Source: Candidatus Nomurabacteria bacterium (GTDB lineage Bacteria; Patescibacteriota; Minisyncoccia; Phycocordibacterales; UBA918). From it: a stretch of DNA of 64,000 nt. The stretch is from NCBI GenBank assembly GCA_023898585.1, contig CP060229.1, positions 314,709 to 378,708 of the forward strand. The letters run 5' to 3'. Under the pieces are notes generated by a model. That model searched no databases. It was not told where the DNA came from and was given only the letters and a program-made list of their open reading frames with translations. Both the position numbers and the translations under genes were made by a program. This document shows positions 57,289-64,000 of this stretch, piece after piece. Positions within the stretch are counted from its first letter, which is position 1, and every line of letters begins with the position of its first letter.

Positions 57289-58563
57289 TTAGTTGGAAAG
57301 TAGTTGTTGAACTGTCTCAGCGTCGCTCCAAACCTCTTTACTACCATTAGGTCCCATGATGTACGGATCGGTTCCTTTGCCGGAAATTATCACGTAACCA
57401 TCATTGGGTGAAATATCTATCGCGTGCTTAATTGCTTCGTGGCGGTCCATGATTATTTCGACGGGCGTTTTTTCACTCATTCCTTCTCTCATCTCCTTAA
57501 CGATTTTTTCCGGGTCTTCATCATAAGGATCTTCGTTGGTAAGAATAATCTGATCGCAATATTTTTCAGCGATAGCACCCATTTCCGGGCGCTTCCAAGT
57601 ATCGCGCCCGCCACCGGTGTTTCCGAGAACGCACACTTTGTAGCGGTCCGGAAAAGCTTGGTACAGTTGGGTCAGTGAATCCGGGGTGTGGGCATAGTCG
57701 ACGATTGTCGTAACGTGCTTTTCCGCTTCCGGCGGGGTTTCAAAATGTTCGACTCGTCCCTTAAGAGGGGGTAATTCACGTAATGATTTTTGAATTGTTT
57801 CCAGTGATACGCCAAAGGCTTGGGCGAGTGTAATGGAAGCTAAGGTGTTGTAGACATTGAATAAACCGACTATAGGGACTCTGATAGTGGTGTTTTTAAT
57901 CACCAAACTTATCCCGTCTTTATGAAGAGAGTGCAGTGTTAAATCCTTGAGAGAATATGGTAGTTTTGTTTCGACGTCGAAATCTAAAAATTCTCGACCA
58001 TGCTCATCATCAATGTTGGCTACCAAATAACGAGGGCGCTTGACTGACTTTTTCACCGCTTTGGCGATTGAAAGTTTGGCTTGTTTATAGTTTTCAAATG
58101 AACCGTGAGATTCAATGTGTTCAGGAGTTAAGTTGGTGAAGATCAACGCGTCGATTTCGATGTAGCTGTGCCGGTATTGTCTTGCTCCTTCGGACGTCAT
58201 TTCTATCACTGCGTGAGTACAGCCCGAGTCGACCGCCTGGCGCAAAAATTTCTGAACAAAAAAACGTCCCGGCATGGTCATTTTAAACATGTTTCGTTCA
58301 GTTTTTCCGTCAATGGAAAATTGAATGGTAGAGAGTGAGGCAACTTTTTTACCATCTGCACGCAGAATATGAGCCAACAATTCGGTGGTCGAGGACTTGC
58401 CTTTTGTTCCGGTTACTCCTATTACCACAATGTCTCGCGAAGGGTATTTGTATTTAACTGCTCCCCAGTAAGAAAGAAAGTTATGATAATAAGGTTGAAA
58501 AAAAGAAAAAACCCGCTTCGGCAGCAGTTTCTTGATAGTCTGTCGTACAAAATCCATATCCAT
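57289..58563 (-). CDS. Mur ligase family protein (MurE/MurF/MurT-like ATP-dependent amide ligase)
   Basis: P-loop IGVTGTKGKSST plus central and C-terminal Mur ligase domains; the specific substrate cannot be assigned. Confidence 0.7.
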   Translation of the reverse strand: MDMDFVRQTIKKLLPKRVFSFFQPYYHNFLSYWGAVKYKYPSRDIVVIGVTGTKGKSSTTELLAHILRADGKKVASLSTIQFSIDGKTERNMFKMTMPGRFFVQKFLRQAVDSGCTHAVIEMTSEGARQYRHSYIEIDALIFTNLTPEHIESHGSFENYKQAKLSIAKAVKKSVKRPRYLVANIDDEHGREFLDFDVETKLPYSLKDLTLHSLHKDGISLVIKNTTIRVPIVGLFNVYNTLASITLAQAFGVSLETIQKSLRELPPLKGRVEHFETPPEAEKHVTTIVDYAHTPDSLTQLYQAFPDRYKVCVLGNTGGGRDTWKRPEMGAIAEKYCDQIILTNEDPYDEDPEKIVKEMREGMSEKTPVEIIMDRHEAIKHAIDISPNDGYVIISGKGTDPYIMGPNGSKEVWSDAETVQQLLSN

Positions 58564-58672
58564 ATTTGTTTAGTATAAGCTGGATTTAACACGAATGCAC
58601 GCCAGTGTGTAGAATGAAGACAAATCGATTCCTCGGCTTTTAAACATTTGTCTGTGTCATCAAAACACAGCA

Positions 58673-59248
58673 TCATCGTATTTGTTTCAAGGCCTGAGTC
58701 ACGAGAGAATTCACGGTTGAATTTTCATCTGAAATTTTCACCACAATATCTCTTGCGGTACTCATGTCATAACCAAGTGAAACAAGAGCATCAATAGCAT
58801 CGGTTTGCATATCACTCAGACTGTCTGTTGAAACCATGATTGTAGCCGGTAATTTTTCAAGTTTTCCGTGCAAATATTGCACGATATTTTCACAGGTTTT
58901 CTTTCCGATACCCGATAGTTTATGCAAATAAGCACCGTCGTTTTTGTGAGCGGATTCTATGAGCAGGGTAGGGGTCGCTTGGCTTAATACTTGGAGAGCC
59001 GACTTTGGACCAATCTTCGGTACACATAGTATAAGCTCAAACATTTCCAACTCCACTTTGTTGATAAAACCATAAAGATCCAAAGCATTTTCTCTGACGG
59101 CCAGATAGGTATGAAGGGTGATTTCTTGATTTTTTTTAAAATTTTCTGTGGCAGTTAAACAGCTAACTAAATACCCGATATTGTTCACGCTTATCACAAT
59201 CCACCCATCACCAACGTCTTTAATTTTTCCCGCTAACGAACGAATCAT
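58673..59248 (-). CDS. ruvA: Holliday junction DNA helicase RuvA
   Basis: N-terminal OB-fold MIRSLAGKI...GWIVISVNNIGYLV, HhH motifs, 191 aa. Confidence 0.85.
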   Translation of the reverse strand: MIRSLAGKIKDVGDGWIVISVNNIGYLVSCLTATENFKKNQEITLHTYLAVRENALDLYGFINKVELEMFELILCVPKIGPKSALQVLSQATPTLLIESAHKNDGAYLHKLSGIGKKTCENIVQYLHGKLEKLPATIMVSTDSLSDMQTDAIDALVSLGYDMSTARDIVVKISDENSTVNSLVTQALKQIR

Positions 59249-59344
59249 AATGATATCTATTTTACCTAAATAAAGTCTTTATCCAAACCCTTGCCTTTTT
59301 AGGCTTGCTGGGGTAGAGTATGCCCACTTTATCGAAGTATATAT

Positions 59345-59608
59345 ATGCCAATCACAAAAGGAGCAGAAAAATCACATCGTCAATCAGAGCGCAAGCGCGT
59401 ATTTAATGTGCGTAGAAAAGGTGCAATGAAGGACGCAGAAAAAGCCATACAAAAAGCTGTTACCAGCGGTGACGCAAAAAAAGCAAAAGAACTTTTGCCC
59501 TCCGCGTACAAAGCCATCGACAAGGCAGCGAAGCGAGGTGTTATTAAGGATAACACCGCGGCCCGCAAAAAGTCTCGTCTCGCTACCCGGGTTCAGAACG
59601 TGAAGTAG
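59345..59608 (+). CDS. rpsT: 30S ribosomal protein S20
   Basis: 87 aa, KSHRQSERKRVFNVRRKGAMK... typical S20. Confidence 0.9.
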   Translation: MPITKGAEKSHRQSERKRVFNVRRKGAMKDAEKAIQKAVTSGDAKKAKELLPSAYKAIDKAAKRGVIKDNTAARKKSRLATRVQNVK

Positions 59609-59720
59609 CAAACCACTTGAGAAACGAAAAGGCAGGGTCGATTGGTTTGTGGTGAGTTGTTTCTCCGTCACCGATCACCCCCCCGCATTTTTCAGTCGAG
59701 TTGGCATTTTCAGCCATTAT

Positions 59721-59751
59721 AAAACCGCCGGACAGAAATCCGGCGGTTTCC
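59721..59751. terminator. Bidirectional terminator between rpsT and the convergent Trp-rich ORF
   Basis: aaaccgccgga-cagaaa-tccggcggttt. Confidence 0.55.
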
Positions 59752-59780
59752 TATAGCCACCCCTTTAACCGATCAATTGA

Positions 59781-60074
59781 TCAGCTGAGGATAAGATAGC
59801 TATGAAGAAATCCCCATGCGTAGCCAAATATGGCTAAGAAAATGAGCACCGGCGCAACGAACGTTACGAGGTTTTGAAGCGTCAGTCTCAGTTTGTTGAG
59901 ACAGGACCATACTTTCCAATATCTCCACTGCTTCAAGAATAACCATATTTCCCACTCCCTCCACTGCTTCAGGAATGGCCATATCTCCCACCGTTTCCAG
60001 TTTTTGAGATTTTCCCAGACCTTTTTGATTCGCAGTCTCGCCGGATGTTGACTCATTGGTATAACTATATACAC
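59781..60074 (-). CDS. Small Trp-rich tandem-repeat protein with C-terminal TM helix (97 aa, GTG start)
   Basis: Perfect AAGGAG 6 nt upstream of the GTG at 60074; peptide repeats KNWKRWEIWPFLKQW / REWEIWLFLKQW / RYWKVW encoded by ~36-nt DNA repeats. Confidence 0.4.
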   Translation of the reverse strand: MYIVIPMSQHPARLRIKKVWENLKNWKRWEIWPFLKQWREWEIWLFLKQWRYWKVWSCLNKLRLTLQNLVTFVAPVLIFLAIFGYAWGFLHSYLILS

Positions 60075-60202
60075 TTTTTACTCCTTGCTTTTTGCTACTA
60101 CATCAAACAACTAAACCCCGACAACTCTATGTCTATTTTTAAATTAGGTCAAGTACTGTATGGGAAGTGTACTTAAATGCACAAAAATTTTCCGTTCACC
60201 TC

Positions 60203-60571
60203 TTAGCCTAAGTGTTTTTTCTCATGGCAGGTACCACGAACAGTCACCTCTATCTCATCAACCTGAAAACCTTCGACATCAATTAGCTCCTTTATTTTTT
60301 CGTCGGAAGCGGTGAAGTGTAATACTTTACTGCAGTTACTACACACTGCATGATGATGTGGTTTGTCTTGATATTCATACTGAGATTCTTCGGTGCCAAG
60401 ATTAATTTTCTTAATCATTTTTTCTTTAACAAAGAGATCAAGATTTCGGTAGACTGTCACTAGGTCTATTCCCGGTATCTTGCTATGAATATCAGCCACT
60501 GAAAGAGAACCACGATTTTTCTTGAGGATCTCAAGAATCTGCTTTCTTTTGTCGGTTAATCTAATTGACAT
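60203..60571 (-). CDS. zur: Fur-family metalloregulator (likely Zur)
   Basis: N-terminal winged helix, HHHAVCSNC...CHE metal sites; divergent from a ZIP transporter gene with palindromic boxes between. Confidence 0.75.
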   Translation of the reverse strand: MSIRLTDKRKQILEILKKNRGSLSVADIHSKIPGIDLVTVYRNLDLFVKEKMIKKINLGTEESQYEYQDKPHHHAVCSNCSKVLHFTASDEKIKELIDVEGFQVDEIEVTVRGTCHEKKHLG

Positions 60572-60636
60572 ATGCAAATTACTTGCATTTTAACAAACAA
60601 CTGCTAGACTATCAATTGCAAATCATTTGCATTTAT
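60571..60636. promoter_or_regulatory. Two Fur/Zur-box-like palindromes in the zur-zupT divergent region
   Basis: ATGCAAATTACTTGCAT (60572-60588, overlapping the zur start) and TTGCAAATCATTTGCAT (60617-60633). Confidence 0.4.
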
Positions 60637-60709
60637 TGCTAAGTTAAAACACTCTGGCTGTTCATTGTAGGGATGACAGGGAAGGCTTTATTACCTATAA
60701 CAAAATTTT

Positions 60710-61507
60710 ATGATATTTGAATCAATAATCGCCTCTGTCTGTGTTGCCGTTGTTTCCCTCGTCGGAGTTTTCTTTTTCGGCAATAACAAACGTCTCATCG
60801 GTTCACAAAAATACGTTGTGCCATTGGCTGTGGGTGTGTTTTTGAGTTTGGTTCTTTTTGAGCTTATCCCCGAAACACTAGAGCTGTCTCCTTCGTTTGG
60901 CGGAATTGCTGTGGCGTTTGGTTTTATTGTTTTTTATGTACTGGCGAATGTATTACACAAACGACACCACGACTTGGAGGAAGAAGAGTGTGACCGTAAA
61001 GGGGTCGCCTCTTTACTCCTCATTGGTGATGCTGTACACAACGTAGCCGATGGAGTAGTGCTCGGAGGAGCTTTTTTAATTGACCCGAGTATTGGTGTCG
61101 CGACAGCAATTGGTCTCGCTTTGCATGAAATACCGCAGGAAATCGTAGAATTCGGTGTTCTTATAAGGGCCGGTTATTCACGCACTAAAGCCGCTTTGTA
61201 TAATCTGATTTCTGCGAGCAGTATCGTGCTCGGAGCATTACTCATCAATCTTCTGGCTCAACATGCTGAAGAATACGTATGGGTTATTACAGGAGTAGCG
61301 GCGGGCAACCTGCTCTTTCTCGCGGCAAGCGATCTCTTACCCCGCATACACGGCAATCTGAAAAACTACGGAAGCATTTGGCATTCATCCATTTGTATTG
61401 TTCTAGGCTTCACCATCATGACCACAGTTTTAACGTGGACACATAACCACTTTGGGCATGGCTATGCCACGGAGGAAAAAACAGAGGAGCATACTTACGG
61501 TCATTAA
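60710..61507 (+). CDS. zupT: ZIP-family metal (zinc) transporter ZupT-like
   Basis: 8 TM helices, His-rich loop HKRHHDLEEEE, conserved HEIPQE motif. Confidence 0.8.
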   Translation: MIFESIIASVCVAVVSLVGVFFFGNNKRLIGSQKYVVPLAVGVFLSLVLFELIPETLELSPSFGGIAVAFGFIVFYVLANVLHKRHHDLEEEECDRKGVASLLLIGDAVHNVADGVVLGGAFLIDPSIGVATAIGLALHEIPQEIVEFGVLIRAGYSRTKAALYNLISASSIVLGALLINLLAQHAEEYVWVITGVAAGNLLFLAASDLLPRIHGNLKNYGSIWHSSICIVLGFTIMTTVLTWTHNHFGHGYATEEKTEEHTYGH

Positions 61508-61534
61508 TCTGTTATTTATTGTATACTGCCTGCT

Positions 61535-62468
61535 ATGTCAGTGGTGCCAAAAATCAAAGGTTTGATTTTGTGTTCAATATTATTCTTTTTGACCACTGCG
61601 ACTTTCTCTTACGCCCAGGAACTTCATAGTGAGTACCAAGCGACCTGGCGTGGAGAGGTGCTGGAGGTCGAGGGACAAGAGATGCGTGTGATTCCTGGAA
61701 CAGGTACTGAACACTTGTATCAAACACTACATATTGAAATCATTGATGGTCCTCGTAAGGGTGAAAAACTTTCTATCGAGAACGATTATCTGGAACTGAA
61801 AAAAGGTGACAAGTTTTACTTCAATTATCTAAAGTACATCGGTGGTGAAGAGATTTACTCGATTATTAATATTGATCGACGCGACTCCCTGATTTTCTTC
61901 ACCCTTCTTTTTGTCGTCACAGTGGTTGCTTTCGGTGGTTGGCAAGGAGTCCGATCACTGGTTGCGCTCGCTGGTAGCTTTTTCGCGATTTTCTACATTC
62001 TTCTGCCTGGCTTGCTCCAGGGATGGAATCCACTGTTGGTTAGTTTTGCAGTGGCTTCCGCGATTCTCTTTGGTGCAATCTTTCTAACTCACGGGTTTAA
62101 TCGTGAATCGTCCGTCGCCTACGCAGGGACAATGCTGGCCGTATTATTCCGGAGTATTGTCCATTGTGGCCGTCAACATGAGCAGTCTATCTGGATTTAT
62201 CAGCGATGAATCTGTTTATCTTAATTTCAACACCGGAGGTTTATTGGATTTCACCGGGCTTCTTCTCGGAGCGATTATTATTGGTGTGCTTGGAGTACTT
62301 GATGATATAGCCGTCACACAATCAGCTGTGGTCTCCGAACTCTACAACAGTAACCCCGCCTTAAGTGCGCGCGAAGTCTACCGTAGAGCTCTGCGAGTTG
62401 GGCGTGAACATGTCGGAGCTTTGGTCAATACATTGGTTCTTGCTTATTGGAAGATACCCCAAAATTAA
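61535..62468 (+). pseudogene. YibE/F-like membrane protein gene disrupted by a frameshift (~62145) and truncated at its 3' end by the IS insertion
   Basis: Two overlapping ORFs (61535-62209 frame 2; 62103-62468 frame 0) together give a continuous multi-TM protein; the final codons and stop lie inside the IS terminal repeat. Confidence 0.55.
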
Positions 62469-63241
62469 GACACCTTTTGCAAGTCTTTTAATAATACCTC
62501 ATGTTGGTCTCTAAACAACCGAGGTGGTACTTTTAAGACGGAGTGGATGCGTTTTTGATTGTAATAATTAATCGTCTGATAAATAGTAGCCACTAACTCA
62601 CCGAGAGTATCAAACCGGTTTGGGTCACCTAAGTCCAATTTGAACCCTTTATAGAAACTCTCTTGGTAACCATTCTCCCAGGGACAACCGGGGGCACTCA
62701 TGGACTGTTTGATACCAAGCTTTTGGGTTAAGGCAGTGTAGTCTTTTGAGCAGTACTCACTCCCTTGATCGGAATGAATAATCCGTGGAGGAGCTCGATG
62801 GAGCACTGCTGAAGCCAAAGCGTTAATGACGAGCTGTGTCTGATGTGTTGTCAATATCGATACACCAACTATCTCTCTAGTGTACGTATCGAGTACTGTA
62901 GCCACATACAACCACTTTCCTCGATATTTAAGATAGGTGAAGTCTGAGGCATATATATCACCTGGCCCTCGTGGTTCCTCACTCATTAAATAGTTGGGAA
63001 ACACACTACCTTTAGGCTTTCTATAGACTTTTTTGGCTGTTCTTCGATAAGGTTTGATGTCAAAGAGTTTCATCACCCGTAGCACCTTCTTCTTGTTCAT
63101 CTTGAGGTGTTGCGATAACCGTTTGTGTCCGTACCCTGGATGCTCACGAAGAGCCGTCTCAATCTGTTGCTTGGTGTGCCAATCCTTTTGAGGTTGTTTA
63201 TGGTGATAATAGTGATGCGTACGTGAATAACCGATCACCAT
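62465..63241 (-). CDS. IS3-family transposase OrfB (DDE integrase core)
   Basis: YASDFTYL...D...HSDQGSEY...E DDE motif pattern; overlaps orfA in the -1 frame. Confidence 0.75.
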   Translation of the reverse strand: MVIGYSRTHHYYHHKQPQKDWHTKQQIETALREHPGYGHKRLSQHLKMNKKKVLRVMKLFDIKPYRRTAKKVYRKPKGSVFPNYLMSEEPRGPGDIYASDFTYLKYRGKWLYVATVLDTYTREIVGVSILTTHQTQLVINALASAVLHRAPPRIIHSDQGSEYCSKDYTALTQKLGIKQSMSAPGCPWENGYQESFYKGFKLDLGDPNRFDTLGELVATIYQTINYYNQKRIHSVLKVPPRLFRDQHEVLLKDLQKVS

Positions 63242-63510
63242 CCCTTGGAGAGCCCCTTTTTAGCCTCAATGGACATTTTTATGGTGAGGTCACCGATGAT
63301 TTGTTTGAGTTGTTCGTTTTCCTTCTTGAGTTTGTTGTGTTCAAGGAGACTGACCGTACCCGTGGCCTTTGTACCTAGCCAATCATAAATGGTTCGACTA
63401 CTGATGCCGTATTGGTTGGCAGTATCACTAACACTCAAGCCTTCGTGTTTGATTTTATTGATAACTTCTTCTTTGATCTCAGCTGATATCTTGTATCCTT
63501 TCTTGGACAT
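63235..63510 (-). CDS. IS3-family transposase OrfA (HTH + leucine zipper)
   Basis: HTH LSVSDTANQYGISSRTIYDW and heptad Leu repeat; ends near a CTAAAAAGG slippery-like site. Confidence 0.7.
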   Translation of the reverse strand: MSKKGYKISAEIKEEVINKIKHEGLSVSDTANQYGISSRTIYDWLGTKATGTVSLLEHNKLKKENEQLKQIIGDLTIKMSIEAKKGLSKGW

Positions 63511-63860
63511 ATTGCTTGTATTGTTTAAGTGATAATACTTGCAAAAGTTGTCTTAAGAAAGGGGTACCTTTCAGCGAGCAGCGAGGGTGGGGTTCGTCGA
63601 AGGTTCGTATGAATTATTTGAAGTTCATACTCACCTTCGTCAAAGCTAACGCTTTGTACCAATTTTTTGAGCTTCACTGTCGTGAAGGGGAAGCAGTGAT
63701 TTTGTATTTGTCTCTCCAACGCGATAAATTTTTGCTCTGTGTGTGGTGTGATACAATGGAGACGCAACCAAACCGACAAGAAAGGTCTTTTTTAATGGCC
63801 GTCTCGGACAGATCAAGGTCTTTCTTGGTTTGGTTGCACCGGGGCGGTCATTAAAGTTTT

Positions 63861-64000
63861 ATGTCTAGTACATCGCAAAAATTTTTCCTCTATGCCCGTA
63901 AGTCTACGGACGAAGCGGAGCGCCAGGTGTTATCTATCGAGGCCCAGCTCTTTGAACTCAGGGAATATGCAAAGAAAGAAGGATTGGAGATCGTTGAGGA
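63861..64000 (+). CDS. Serine recombinase (resolvase/invertase-type N-terminus), 3' end outside the window
   Basis: FFLYARKSTDEAERQVLSIEAQ matches the catalytic-Ser N-terminal motif (YARVSTxxQ...SLxxQ) of serine recombinases. Confidence 0.55.
   Translation, partial: MSSTSQKFFLYARKSTDEAERQVLSIEAQLFELREYAKKEGLEIVE

Larger units (their letters stand above)
62455..63567 (-). mobile_element. IS3-family insertion sequence (~1.1 kb) with ~30-bp imperfect terminal inverted repeats
   Basis: Left end TACCCCAAAATTAAGACACCTTTTGCAAGT matches the right end (reverse complement) TACCCCTTTCTTAAGACAACTTTTGCAAGT; orfA/orfB arrangement. Confidence 0.7.

Noticed and set aside
63516-63854. 112-aa and 84-aa ORFs between the IS right end and the serine recombinase gene
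   Set aside because: They overlap each other on opposite strands in a region dominated by inverted repeats. They are more likely a non-coding regulatory or recombination site.
17-64000. Alternative genetic code (stop-codon reassignment), as seen in some candidate-phyla lineages
   Set aside because: Well-supported genes terminate with TGA (clp fragment), TAA and TAG at the expected lengths. The single in-frame TAA inside VirB4 is isolated and better explained as a split gene, a mutation or an error.

Overview
The window looks like a 64-kb chromosomal segment of a small-genome bacterium (about 40% GC, many short proteins). It appears to span the replication origin: rpmH-rnpA-yidC lies divergent from dnaA-dnaN, with DnaA boxes and an AT-rich stretch between dnaA and dnaN. 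Housekeeping genes are numerous: a ClpB/C fragment, xerD-like recombinase, rpsO-NYN-pnp, comM, uvrD/pcrA-like helicase, rsmA, PBP1A, tyrS, ruvC/yebC, ruvB, ruvA, a pilB/gspE-like ATPase, tsaE, polA, tRNA-Lys(UUU), trmH, lnt-like, a Mur-family ligase, rpsT, and a zur/zupT pair. The main accessory feature is a roughly 12-kb type-IV-secretion-like/conjugative-type locus (18.0-30.7 kb). It holds a VirB4-family ATPase whose reading frame is split by a single in-frame TAA, a PrgI/VirB3-like small membrane protein, a VirB6/TrbL-like polytopic protein, a VirB2/TrbC-like pilin with a Cys-rich C-terminal extension, and several secreted or membrane proteins of unknown function. Other notable items: an evenly spaced tandem array of four DnaA-box-like 9-mers about 4.7 kb from dnaA; a roughly 60-nt dispersed repeat downstream of two secreted-protein genes; an 87-bp tandem duplication upstream of tRNA-Lys that includes the tRNA 5' end; a GC-richer parDE-like toxin-antitoxin pair abutting the tRNA 3' end; an IS3-family insertion truncating a frameshifted YibE/F-like gene; a serine recombinase start at the window edge; an extremely acidic 92-aa protein; a Trp-rich tandem-repeat small membrane protein; and tandem M14-like peptidase paralogs. 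All genes end at standard TAA/TAG/TGA stops, so there is no sign of a recoded genetic code. All calls are from reading the sequence and ORF translations; no database searches were run.
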